A DNA stretch of 64,000 bases from Paraphysomonas bandaiensis (Eukaryota > Protista > Chrysophyceae), in contig CBFFRP010000298.1 of assembly GCA_965644295.1 (NCBI GenBank), positions 496,001-560,000 on the forward strand, given 5' to 3'. The translations under genes were made by a program, and so were the position numbers. The notes beneath the pieces are model-generated. The model was not told the DNA's origin. It saw only the letters and a list, made by a program, of their open reading frames with translations, and did not search any database. Positions 1-12,456 of this stretch are shown one piece after another; position 1 is the first letter of the stretch, and the number at the start of each line of letters is the position of its first letter.

Positions 1-3000
1 AAAACGCAGCCAAGCACAGAGCTGAGGTAACATCTATTACGATTTTGTAACAGTGCACCGTAGTCAGTGTGTTTGTATCCAGAAAAATGTTTTGTTTGCT
101 GAAATAAAAGAAGTGAAGTCTCAAATCGATATTCTCCGTAAGAGTAACGAACAGCTGGTCTTTGCTAATCATACCTATAAAACTGAGAACGCCGACTTGA
201 AGCTGCTGACTACTGATGCAACAGAGCTGCGGCAAAGCTTGTTGGAGGTCGAAGCGGAACGTGATCATCTACGGCGTGAGCTGACTGAAGCATGTGCAAT
301 GCAGCAGAAGTACAACGATCAAGTTATCTCTCTGAATGGTGATATGGAGGCCATGGTAGGTGAACATTCTCAATTATTTTGTTAATCTCTTGTCATCTAG
401 GTGCATCGTCACGATAGCATCTCCCAGCAGCTTGAACAGGCTAAAGAAGATGTGAAGGTCACGAAAGAGGCTCTCAAATCACAGGAGAAGCACACACTGA
501 CATTCCAGAAGAAAAGCATGCAACTGGAGTCTCGGTTGGAAACCTCGAAAATGTTGACTGAAACCCTTCAGGTACTTTCCATCTGTGTATATTTAACCTA
601 TTTCATTGTAAATGTCTAGAAAGAAAAGGCGGGTCTTTCAGAAGAGCTTCGGTTATTAAATGAAAGTACCACTGCCGAGATTGGTGATCTGAAGAGGACA
701 ATAGAGGAGCTTCATGGAGCGCAAGAGGTTTGTGTGGTAGACAATAACGTTCACACATCATAGTTTGTGAGCGTAGGAACTAGAAGGGGAGATGACGAGT
801 GTGAAAGAGACCTTACAGAATAAATGCGACGAAATTGATGTTTTGAGGCAAGAAATTAGTGAATCTCTTACACAGTACGAGGAGTATAGCAGTGTCACTG
901 AGCGGACTATGTCTGACCTCAGATCAGGAATAGCTGCTCGTCAACAGCGTGTGGACGACTTGGAGTCTGAGTCGAAGGATCTAAGAAATGTCAATGTGGA
1001 GCTTGAGTTGAGGGTGGAACAGCTTCAGAAGCAGGTTTCAGAGGTAACGATGCATTCCCAAGCACTACAGGAACGTGTAGAAGATTCTGAAAATAAGGTG
1101 ATGGAGCTCGTAGGAGAGGTAGCGAAAAAGGAGGAAGTCATCAAGAGCTTGGAAGAGACTGCTTTGGGGATCAGAGGAGAACTTGAGGAAGCAAAAACGA
1201 AGATCGAGCAGCTAGAAAAAGAGGCAGAGGAAAATGCGAAGAATTCTCGATCACGTTTGAGTTCTCGAACTGCCTTGCGTAGTATGTCAACGGCTTCACG
1301 ATCCAACTCAAGGGTGACTACGTTGAGTCGAGCAGGTGTCGAGGACACTGTGGAAGGGGATAACTTTTCCACTGAAGATAACAGAACAAAGAGAAGAAGT
1401 ATTAGGCCAATTATAAGAGGGGCCCGATCAGTGAGAACGGAGACAGATGATGCGGAGATGGGGAAAGATGTAGACGTGGAGTCAGGAAAATCACGTAGTA
1501 GTTTCGTTTCTCGCCGCTCAAGATCGATTACGAGGTCTCCAATATGTACCTCACCAACTCTCTCCAGATCTCCTAGTAGCAGTCGCTCTCTGACGAAGCA
1601 GTCCGACAAGAGCACCGAGGAGGTGGAGGTGGAGGCAGGCACTATAGCTGATAACGTAGCAGATTGGGAATCACCAGATGACAGTCCTGATAAGAAAGGT
1701 AATGGTACGGGACGATATCCAGAACCGTCCATTGAGCATGGATCGAATGATACTGTTATCCACTCGTCTCCCACATCTGTTGATATAAATGAGTCAGAAG
1801 TCAAACTTCCGGCACGGAACCGACGCGCTCCTGTATTACGACACTCACACTCCACTCCTCAAAGATCTATAAATAGATCTCGAAATGCAAGGCGTCTTCC
1901 GAAGTCGCACTCGTCTATAGCCTCATCAGAAACACTGCCATTCACCGATGACTCGTCGCGTTCTGATGGTTGCGTTATTTCGGGGTCTGAGAACTGTTAT
2001 GCCTCCTCGACTTCTCCCGAAAATAGCAACCCTTCGATGCCCTTCATTGACGAAGAAGTTTCGCGGGAGGGAATGTTGTGTCCAGAAGAAATTCCTGTCT
2101 CATCAGAAAAACGTTCTGCTATTGTACCTTCGGGAATCTCAGGTGATAACGAGGGTGAAAAACAAATTCCTGCCACGAGTTCCAACGACGAAGTGTGCAA
2201 TGATAGAAAACAAGTGGCTAGTGGTGATAGCGACAAGAGTATGGTAAGCTGTTTGTTGTGACGTGATTGCAGTCATAAATCTCGACCCTGTAGGCCAATA
2301 CAGTCACACTGCTCACCGAACAACTCAGTGAGGCGAATATAAAGGTACAGAAGCTCTCCAATAATCTGCATGAAGCAAACCAAAAAGTAGTTGAGTTGGA
2401 GCGCAATACGTCACGGTTAGAAGAATTATCGGAGCGCAATAAGAGTATGTCTATCTACATCAGCGACTTGGACGCAAGACATAGAGATCTTCAAGTGGGT
2501 GTTCGTCTAGCTGTAATGTATGTATACCCTTATGGAAATTATAGGAGGACTACGAAAAAGTATGCGATGAACTGAAAAATGTTTCTGCGGAAAATGAGCA
2601 TAGAATGTTGCGTATAGAGTCACTAGAGACGGCACTTTCTATTGAGCGGGTGGAGCATGAGGCTGCGGTATGCAGTCTTGATCATATGAGAGCTCTTGAA
2701 AAGTCCCGACTGGAAGGATTAGTAAACTGTAATGTTCAAACCGAACCACTCGTCTCAGACAGTGGTGTACAGACGGATTTCTTTGTTCCACCGGTATTTC
2801 TTTTTTACGAGGCGTTTAATTCAAAAGTTGACATGCATTTTGTAGATATCTTTAAGACACAGACTAGCTTCTGAGGCACCTAGAAGCGCAGGTAGTCCAG
2901 TGAAGAATGCATGCTTTCCCACGGTAACCCCGGGATCAGCGGGCGGCGGAATTGTTGGTTCCGCACTCTCCCTTGAATCTATGGAGAAGGGATGGGATTC

Positions 3001-3385
3001 TCTGAATGACAGGTTCGTTGGCAACTGAGTAAAAGTATTTAATTTTATTATTTAACTTTTAATTTTACTTCACAGTGGTTTCAATTCGCCTGCCTCCAGT
3101 GCGGGATCAGCAACATCGACGCCCACTCTCCCGAGTATAAAGCCTGCATCCCGTGAACAACGCTCATCGTCTCTGTCTCCTCAAAAGACTAACTCCAAGG
3201 GTATGTCGTGTCATATTATATTACTCTGTTAACAAGATTTTTTGACAGCGCATACCCGCAAGACATTAGTGCTAAGATCATTGTCTCGTGACTATTGTGC
3301 GCCTTCTGAATCTCTTCGAGAACACGAAGGCAGTGATCTCTCGACAGATACTGATATATCAATGACTGTTTTGGATCTTAATTAG
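1..3385 (+). CDS. Large coiled-coil protein with Ser/Arg-rich disordered middle; multi-exon, 5' end outside the window
   Basis: ORFs 53-385, 401-619, 792-2261 and 2605-2874 join in frame through GT-AG introns (e.g. 27-82, 356-400, 572-619, 728-776, 2244-2293, 2495-2544, 2794-2845); E/K/L-rich heptad-like sequence; last exon ends DLN-TAG at 3383-3385. Confidence 0.75.
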
Positions 3386-4107
3386 TGGTATATATAGTGT
3401 ATACATAAGTGATAAGTGGTACCAGTGTTGTATCACCAATCACTTTATATGTAATTCCTACTGTCCGTGTTCTATTTGTAAACTTTGTACTCTATGTTGT
3501 TTATAGCGGTAATTAAATAATTTTACGTTGCAGTAATGTACTTTATTCTGTTATTTTAATGCTAAATTATGTTAATGGTAAGAGTTTGTGCAGTGACTAC
3601 AATTTGTCTTGCTAAATATTCACACGAAGAAGCTGGAAGCAAGTCACCGAATTTTACAAGTGCTGGAATGAATCCGCTGATACACCACCTATATCAGCGT
3701 CTGCGTGACCACCAGTGCTGAGTACTTCTGATAGCCACTGCGAGAGATAGTGTAGTGTAATTGATGAATACCTAAAAATAAATCAATAAATAAGTGCAAG
3801 CTTCCATATTTACACAATATAAGAAAACACGTGTGCATTGTTTTGTGATATAGGTTACTGCCGTTTAGAAGTTGGCAGCACGTATGCAGTAAACTAGCTA
3901 TTAAAACAAATCATTATCATAAAGAGATTGACTGCTAATTTTTATTACTATGTACACCCCACACTAACAAGCTACACAAAAAGAATGAGGTCGGCACATC
4001 GCACCGTAGCGCTCGCCCAAGCACGCTCTCCCCAAACAATAGATGCAACTTTCGTCAGACACTCGATAGGATAGAATGGGAATACAAGTAACGAAATGGC
4101 TGTAAGC

Positions 4108-4884
4108 TTAGACAAACTTCGCAGATCCCTTGGCAAGGAAGTCCGTGTGTTCCTGCTGGGGGGTATTGGTGAAGACAGTAGGCTCCCACATTTCGGGGGA
4201 AAGGAAGGAGTATGTCTTGGAGAGAGCAGTGTACACAGCTACGGCAAGATTGCCTCTGGTGCGGGTGTGTCCAGTAGAGGAAGAGTAAACATCCTCAATA
4301 CCAGCCATATTCAAAAGCTTCTTAGGGATCAGAGAGGCAACGATACCAGATCCTCGGGGAGCTGGGATCAGACGCACACGCACAGATCCGCACTTGCCGG
4401 TGACCTTGCATGGCACGGTGTGGGGTCTGCCCTCGTTGAAACCCCAGTAACCACGACGGACAGGGATGAGGTTCATCTTGGCGTGGATGATAGCACCACG
4501 GATGGCAGTAGCAACTTCCTTGGCAGCCTTGAGACCAAGCCCAAGGTGACCATTTCCATCACCAACAGCGACATACGCCTTGAAGCGAGTGCGCTGACCA
4601 GCAGTGGTCTGCTTCTGGACAGGCATGATCTTCATGACCTCATCACGGAGAGCAGGACCAAGAAGATGATCCACAATCTGATACTCCTTAATAGGGAGAG
4701 AGAAAAGAAAGATCTCCTCGACAGACTTGATCTTTCCGTCCTTAACTAAGCGGCCGAGTTTAGTAACAGGGACCCACTCGTCCTTGCCACCCTTATCCCT
4801 TCCGCGTCCACGACCACGTCCTCCACGGCCACGATCACCACGACCACGTCCAAATCCTCTACGATCACCTCCACGTTCAGCCAT
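4108..4884 (-). CDS. RPS2: 40S ribosomal protein S2 (uS5)
   Basis: RGG-rich N-terminus, [52 protein letters not shown]; CDS intronless; probable 5'UTR intron 4910-4954. Confidence 0.98.
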   Translation of the reverse strand: MAERGGDRRGFGRGRGDRGRGGRGRGRGRDKGGKDEWVPVTKLGRLVKDGKIKSVEEIFLFSLPIKEYQIVDHLLGPALRDEVMKIMPVQKQTTAGQRTRFKAYVAVGDGNGHLGLGLKAAKEVATAIRGAIIHAKMNLIPVRRGYWGFNEGRPHTVPCKVTGKCGSVRVRLIPAPRGSGIVASLIPKKLLNMAGIEDVYSSSTGHTRTRGNLAVAVYTALSKTYSFLSPEMWEPTVFTNTPQQEHTDFLAKGSAKFV

Positions 4885-6054
4885 TATTTAGCAGGTATAT
4901 TATGGGCGCCTATCGAAATGTGAAGCAGTGTGGAAATCGCATCTATAGGCTTACAAAAACAGAGATGTGTCCAGGTCCACACATCATACTCCATTGATCG
5001 TGTCTTGAAGAGACATACTTTTCAGTTCTGTATATTCTTATACATATTGTTGTATAAAAAGTAAGAAATATGGGATATTTATAAGAAACACAATAATTAA
5101 ACTCCAAAATTCCACTCCGAAAGCCCAAAAACTGTGAGCTCGTACTACGAATATTCCAACACGCAGATTTGCTCTCCTAAAAATCCGCAATATATAGACG
5201 TTATCATAAAACTGTATGCACCAACACGTTGATGGTTGGATTGACCCTCTCAGAGATGAAGATATCCATTAAACACCCGTCAAAAGTGGACTAGGTTACA
5301 GAAACACTATCAATATCTCTCTTATAAACCCACAGTAACGATATAATAAACAACTGGTGGGTATCAGCAGTATGCAGTACTTTAGCAGGAGCTCCTACAC
5401 ACATAAACCTTCACTCTGAAGATGCTAAAGTAATAGAGTTACACCGACAAATAATGCGCAGAGTATGTTTGACTTTACTTGAGCTAAACTATTCTGCTCA
5501 TGTACTTCTGCTCATTTCGGAGCACATAATTAGAGCAAAGCTCACCTGTAGCAAGAATTAAAAATATTTAAGTTTTTAGTAAAAGCAAGAGCAAGATCTT
5601 TTACTCTTCTTCTAATGGGGTAACTAAGTCCTCGAAATCATTAAAAATAGCCTTATATCTATATATCTGTAGCACATCCACAACTTATGTAAAATAAGAG
5701 TGAATAATTCTAAGTGTCTGCCATACTAATCAAAGAAAATCGGTGATAAAATTCAGTGTTCACAAAATGAAAACATCATAAACACTTAAAAATTACTCAT
5801 TTGAGATTAATTATATTCTTAATTTTACATTATGAAATAAGTCAAATCAAGATAATTATGCGAGATAATTATACTAGTTGATCATTGAGTCCCCTCAACA
5901 AAGTCAGGCTCACACTTTTTTGTGATTGCATTGCAATTAATTGCAGCAAATTAATAGTCAGCAGATATTTTTCTGTCTACTCATAGCTATGCGATTGTGT
6001 GGTACGAGGAACACTAAGTAGTGTCACTTGTTTAGACGTCTTTGGTCTTTGGAC

Positions 6055-6180
6055 CCTGACGAATATACACACGCATTCGGGGTATTGGGCTGCCTACTGA
6101 AGTCAAGCATCCGGACTGAAGTAAGGACAGAGCAAAAGTGGTTGCACCTTGGTGCTTGCGGTAACGCAAAAGCAGTCTAG
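6055..6180 (+). mobile_element. Dispersed repeat copy A (putative Penelope-like element 3' fragment)
   Basis: Shares GGGGTATTGGGCTGCCT.CTGA.GTCAAGCATCCGG with the reverse complement of 34717-34756 and AAGTGGTTGCACCTTGGTGCTTGCGG with copies B-D; reads GVLGCLLKSSIRTEVRTEQKWLHLGACGNA in one frame. Confidence 0.6.
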
Positions 6181-6705
6181 CTTTTTCTTGTCTTGTACCA
6201 GATGCTGCTTGAGACATCTTATATATCTATACTCTTTTACATTGTATTGATTTGTGGTAATTTTACTTTCGTTGTGAAATTTTTACAGTATATCTGATCA
6301 TTCATTGAACGGAGATACCATACATGTTGCTCTGTACATATCTTATACAGTATAATGACATGCTGTAGCTAGCTAGCTGTCCACAATACACTGTATACTA
6401 CAACTCTGTGTGATGTAAGGTGTAGAATACAGCTGTTGTACTGCCAGTCAAATTTTACTCTATAATGACGGTCAGTACTTTGTACGGGGAAAGCAACAGC
6501 ACCAGACAAATGGCGCGTCAACTCTGATATTAAATGCTCAGCATAACTCCAATCGCTCTGGCGATGGTTCGTAATTGACAGGAGAGTGGTTAGTTTATCG
6601 ACTATACGCATCACTTTCCAACATACGATGCAACCACTTATGTCTTGTTGATCAAATATCACATAGATATGTAACAGCAGAAATAATGCAGTGCTAATTT
6701 ATATG

Positions 6706-9296
6706 TTAAGCCGATTGCTTTGTGGAACCTCTACTATAAAAAGAGCTGCTTCTCTCTAAATCCCCTAATATATTTAACCCGTTAACCAAATCTCGTGCTG
6801 AGTAACCTATAAGATTTTGAGACACGAAATAAATAAAAATATTGTTTCACACCTAGTGCCGCAGTAGCAGCTGCCCATCCACCTTGAATATCTCCAACTA
6901 GTCCGGCGGTAGCCACATCACGCCCACATAGATAAAGTCCCTAAAATTTACCAGTTACAGGCGACAAATTAACACAAGACTTACGGATAGCGGAGATGTG
7001 GCGGTTATCTGAGATGAATATTTCTCGGCAGTGTGGGCCAGAGCCCCACCGCCAACAACAGGATCTACTACTTCTACATGCTCAATATTCATGTCCTTTA
7101 TTTGAGGATACGCGCGTCGAAGAGCTCGTAGGGCTGTTTCTTTTGCCTCGTGCTGTTCCGGTAGCGATAAACGAAGCCGTGTGCCATTGAGACATCCGTT
7201 TCGTGCACTCACGTCGCGTCTAGTACCAGTGGGCTTATACAGTCGCACTCCATTTTCCCTGTTTAAAGGAGCATCTGCCTCCAATAAAGATGAGTATGCT
7301 ACTAATTCTACAAGGGCATCTCCGGCCTCAAGATCCACAACGACAATCTGCTTACTGGGATGTCTACAACAGATACAATTAGCATAAATAACGGTATAAC
7401 ATAGCCGCTCTGCTTCCCACCTGTCATTCCATCGAACATCCGTTGACGATGGAGACCACACTCTACCAAATCCGTAGCTGCTAAACACGCTCTTAGTGAT
7501 TTTATCATTATCGACATCCTTTCTCAATGAAACTTCTATGTACTGACAGGATGACAGGCCAAGTTCCTTTGGCGTACCGGCAAGCCAACACACGACCTGT
7601 ACTACAGGGCGCTCCTCCTGCAAACCATCTAAGTGTCCTGCAGCCATCTGCACACACTGTTCATATTCGGTTGACGCTTTCTGAGGCAAGCGCAAGAGAG
7701 AGGAACACGGGAGTAACCGTGAATATGTACAAATGGCACCCAGTCCAGACACAACACCCATCTTTGCAGTAACTTCTCGAGCCTCGCTGCCATCTTCACC
7801 AAGAACAACACCAGTAACTCTCACATTTCCCGCTTCACCGTTCACTTTGACCCTAGACACCGGAGCTTCCTTCACTACCACACCTCCGCTAAACCTGACC
7901 GACTGCACTAAACCCTTGGTTAGATCCTGTATACCCCCATCCACACCCCACATTCCGTCTACTGCACCCGCCCCACATATAAGGCATAGCGCAGACAAGT
8001 GATTCAACGGCAGCGAGGGTTCGGAGCAGAAATATGCCCCAGCAATGGCACCCAGAATAGTGCTACCCCGTACATCTTCATTAATAGCAGATATAACACT
8101 GAAACATAGTATATATTTAGAAATAATCGTAGGCGCATAGAGAGCTTACTCTTGACACGTACTGGAAGTGACCAAATCTAGCCACTTTTTACTGTCATTT
8201 GTCAATAGTGCAGACCAGTTCGCTGACAGCACTTTGGTAATAGAAAATACGCTGATACCTTGATACATTACAGACAACCATTGCAATAGTTTTCTGGTAG
8301 AGTCGAAAGGAGATGTTGACTCAGAAATGTCCTCCGCCAGAGTTCCCTAGAATTTATTTTAGCGTTTTCAATAAGCATATTACATAATTTTACCTGTCCG
8401 GCGCGAAGAACCGTAACTATTGGCTCAGTTGTGTGAAGATTTAGATTGAGAATAGTATGTGTATACCCATCTTCGGCGGTACCTACAGGGGACAGGCGTA
8501 CGCTGTAGGGGTAACTCTGGTTACTGTCAGTGCACGGAGGCATGGCCAACTGTAGGTATTTCTAAAAATAAAACATATCATTCCAAACGTACACACTTTG
8601 AGAGGTGAGTACCTTATAGCAATCAGGGCGAGTAAGAATTGTCGGATGGATGCATGCAACTTCTGAACGGCATTCAGCAGACACATTTATCGGATAAGCT
8701 CCTATTGGCTGCAGCACACAGCATTTCATTCCAACTCTTGATAACAGAGCTGCTGTGTACAGAGTACTTAAGTCGCCTCCGACAAGGATATAGTCATAGT
8801 TATTCTGACATACGCTGTCGTCATATAACTGCGGTTCATAACTATGATAATCTTTGCAAACAGGTGAGTTGAAACTACTGTACTTGGGCGAATGAGATTT
8901 ACTGCGATATATCACATATCCGATATATAGCATCGTGACATATAAGGGGTTAACATTGAATAGAATGGCACCCAGTAGTATGAGCACAGTGCTATGGACT
9001 CTGTTGTGTAGTATGGCGAGAGTGATGATACAGGCCGCTACAGGGATCAACGGCTCACCAAGTAGTATATCTAACGACACAGTGTCCTCTAGTATCATAT
9101 ATATGGTGTGTATGATAGCTGTGTATTGAGTAAGAGGATTGTCCTCATCATCACCAGATAAGCGATGAGTCATACGAGTATCAGCACTCCTCTGCCAGTC
9201 ATATCTGTCTTTGCCTGTGATGTCCACACCATTAGACTGTAAACGACTGTATATTGCTTCTAGACCATGAGGATGAATGTCACCTAGTCGTACCAT
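6706..9296 (-). CDS. Membrane-anchored retinol saturase/phytoene desaturase (RETSAT/CrtI)-like oxidoreductase, multi-exon
   Basis: N-terminal hydrophobic segments, YDYILVGGDLSTLYTAALLSRVG Rossmann-like strand-helix, GGIQDLTKGLVQSVRFSGGVV, C-terminal GLYLCGRDVATAGLVGDIQGG; exons splice in frame; stop at 6706-6708. Confidence 0.75.
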
Positions 9297-9354
9297 TGTA
9301 AAAGTTCGATATGCGATGGGACAAACACTGGAAATAATTCTTAAGCTGCACCCT

Positions 9355-10097
9355 CATACATACATACATACATACATACATACATACATACATACATACA
9401 TACATACATACATACATACATACATACATACATACATACATACATACATACATACATACATACATACATACATACATACATACATACATACATACATACA
9501 TACATACATACATACATACATACATACATACATACATACATACATACATACATACATACATACATACATACATACATACATACATACATACATACATACA
9601 TACATACATACATACATACATACATACATACATACATACATACATACATACATACATACATACATACATACATACATACATACATACATACATACATACA
9701 TACATACATACATACATACATACATACATACATACATACATACATACATACATACATACATACATACATACATACATACATACATACATACATACATACA
9801 TACATACATACATACATACATACATACATACATACATACATACATACATACATACATACATACATACATACATACATACATACATACATACCTACATACA
9901 TACATACATACATACATACATACATACATACATACATACATACATACATACATACATACATACATACATACATACATACATACATACATACATACATACA
10001 TACATACATACATACATACATACATACATACATACATACATACATACATCCATACATACATACATACATACATACATACATACATACGCACATACAT
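9355..10097. repeat. (TACA)n microsatellite, ~740 bp, ~185 units
   Basis: Directly visible; interruptions only near 9892, 10050 and 10088-10089. Confidence 0.99.
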
Positions 10098-10901
10098 GCA
10101 TTCATGTGGACTGAAGTGGTGTGTCTTGGACTGAAGAATATATACTTCTTTATGAAGTCTCCCAATATGATGTAGTGTGGAGGTCATTGATTTGACTTCA
10201 ATTCAACCTGATATCTTGAAGGGTCACTATGAAGTATCCACATGTATGCCAATAGATTCGACACTTGGACAGAGACATGCGTGTGTTCCTCCCAGTCAGA
10301 GTCACACTATACGCAGCCCACCACTTAAGAGAAGAAGAATGCCTGAAGGTAAAGCAAGAGCAGAGGAGATGCCTGAAGATAGAGGTCCGCAGATTGCAAG
10401 AGAGTGTACGGAGATAATGTTTCGAGGACTATCAGATGCTGACATCAATGCCTTACATGCCGCAGTAGACACACAGCGAACCCACATGATCACAATGGAC
10501 ACCTCCCTCTACAGCAGTGCGGATGATACTATTAAGACTGCCGTGTGTTCAAGTATGTGAGATAAACAGATTTTTGTTACTGTTATATCATAAAACTTTC
10601 AGGAATTCGTAGCGTCTGTCCAAAAGCATCAGACCAGTTGATAGCACTTGTGTACACTATTGTGGCTCAGCAATGTCAAGTGCATAAGGAATATCTATTT
10701 GGGTTAAATGCTATTACCCCCACTCCTACGGTATTTGCCCTTGTTATTATCATAACATTTAGTACAAGCTCATGTTTACCGCAGTTGCATCACATTCAAG
10801 GCGATATTTCAGCGCTGGAACGTAGCATCCACGACTTACAACGCAGCATGGAGGAAGTTCAAAGAACCTTGTCTGCTATACTACGTAGACTACCCGGCTA
10901 A
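10096..10901 (+). CDS. Hypothetical protein with basic NLS-like patch and C-terminal coiled coil, 4 exons
   Basis: ATG at 10096, introns 10119-10175, 10553-10602 and ~10731-10783 join the ORFs in frame; PPLKRRR; ISALERSIHDLQRSMEEVQRTL heptads. Confidence 0.6.
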
Positions 10902-11074
10902 TGTAGGCAGTTAGGGAATGAGCCGACGACGGTGCTGAATTATAAGCCAACACCTTGTCGGTTTTCTGTAATTACAGCATCAATTGCAAGTCACTTATTG
11001 ATTTCTGTTTGGAGTATTGTTATTGGCAGCATTCGGTTTGGATTTATTGAAGAATGATTATATAATAATGATGT

Positions 11075-12175
11075 GGTAGGGCTAGGGTTTATCAAGATTT
11101 GATATGTTTAAGCTTAAGTAAGTAACTTAACATCTAAGTAATTTTAACTTTCGGTTGATTACGACAATTATAATAAACATTCCTCAGCATATTAGCATTG
11201 CCCCATTCCGAGAGCGTGGCCTAGCAAAGTGCTAGTGTTGATTAAATTAAGTAACGTATAGATTGTTAATAAAATTCCGGCGTATTCTTCGTGTGTGGGT
11301 GCCAAGGAAGCTTTAGCTATTAGCTAGATCTAAACTATACTTGTATCAGGGCTAGGAAACAATATGGAAAGTCTTTTTATTTAGCAATAGGCGTTAAAAA
11401 CCTGTGCCAATATAGTGGCTAGTTGAATGCTAGACATACTAGTTAGACCTCTACCCATAACTAATCAGCACAAATTCCATTATCCTACTATTTAACGCTA
11501 CAGAAGCTGCTTGTGCGTCGCCGCAAGCACCAAGGTGCGACCACTTCCGTTCTTGATGTTGATTGCGAGTTTCGTCATTGTCGTGTGTCCTAGGACTCAC
11601 CGGCGCTATATGATAGATGTGTATGTAGGGGACACGTTGTGCAACGTAAGCAGTGATCTAAGTCTACTACTACAACACTGGAACGCTTAAGACTACACAT
11701 ACATTGTGTGCAATTTGCATCGGGGATTGCCTTATGTACCTCACGGCAACCAGGGGAACACAGTACTATACCCTGCTTATATTGGCGATCTGGTGGCCTT
11801 CCTTTAGGCATTGTGCCAAGTGGCTCGGAGGTATGTGGATGAAGGTCTTGCAAAAGGTTATGGCCCACTGTGAAGAAGCGTCGAAATCGACTCTTTTGCT
11901 GTCTTAGCCAATGGTAGAGAGCACATGCAAGAGAGTGTATAGCTGGACAGGGGTGGGATATGAGGGTCATCCGGTGTGTCCAGCAACAGGGAGTCGAGAG
12001 GGAGTGTGATGGTGCAAAAGAGGCAACATCTGATTGAGGAGAGTGGGACTGCGCAACAGAACTAGGTCTGCCAAGGTCGGGTACTCCGATAGCCCTATGC
12101 ACGAGATGATCATGATGATAATGATGGTCTGGAGGAGACACTCGGACGTCCTCAGCTGCTCTTGTTAGTATCTGT
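11075..12175 (-). mobile_element. Copy B: decayed, 5'-truncated Penelope-like retroelement (RT thumb, Cys linker, GIY-YIG-like end, 3' region)
   Basis: LTRAA...HLVHR(G)Y (needs a 1-nt indel near 12093), FTVGHNLLQDLHP, GIVLCSPGC, CLRCTTC...SYSAGES, then QERKWSHLGACGDAQAASVALNSRI in a shifted frame; 11365-11550 is a close reverse-complement match to 42115-42300. Confidence 0.55.
11135..11195 (-). ncRNA. Degenerate minimal hammerhead ribozyme-like motif within copy B
   Basis: Minus strand CTGAGGA-AT-GTTTATTAT-loop-GTAATCAAC-CGAAA-GTTA: both core boxes around a 9-bp stem II with one mismatch; stem I pairs poorly. Confidence 0.45.
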
Positions 12176-12360
12176 GTTGGTGCAGGGGGGTACAGGCTGA
12201 GGCATAGAGTGTGTGTGGAAGGAAGATGACGGCAAGGTGTCAGAGACGGACGGAGGGGAGATGGGTTGTGTGGAGGTTCTCGAGGAGGAGGTAGAGTGTA
12301 AGGTGCGTGTGTATGACAGTGCAGCGGTGTTATGAGTGTGTTGGACAGAGAGAGAGAGCC

Positions 12361-12440
12361 GGTGATGTGTCCAACAGTACAGGTATACAGGTACATGGAC
12401 ATGGTGATGTGTCCAACAGTACAGGTATACAGGTACATGG
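12361..12440. repeat. Tandem duplication with 42-bp period
   Basis: GGTGATGTGTCCAACAGTACAGGTATACAGGTACATGG at 12361 and 12403. Confidence 0.95.
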
Positions 12441-12456
12441 GACGGAGTGAGCTGCG

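Noticed and set aside
1025-1855. 276-aa minus-strand ORF
   Set aside because: Antisense shadow of the coiled-coil exon
4096-4749. 217-aa ORF antisense to RPS2
   Set aside because: Shadow ORF of a codon-biased gene; no independent signal
6131-6190. Helitron/Helentron 3' end (hairpin then CTAG)
   Set aside because: Other copies continue well past the hairpin, one has a 14-bp TSD, and variation looks codon-constrained
9277-10187. Long HTYI/MYVC-repeat ORFs (also 12152-13058)
   Set aside because: Translations of the stop-free (TACA)n tracts, not proteins
11077-11090. Telomere-like TAGGGCTAGGGTTT
   Set aside because: Two imperfect units only; CCTAGCCCT also occurs within the repeat family
11590-12438. 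Spliced cellular zinc-finger gene on the minus strand
   Set aside because: GT/AG sites exist, but the region runs into the dispersed repeat and fits a decayed retroelement better; not fully excluded
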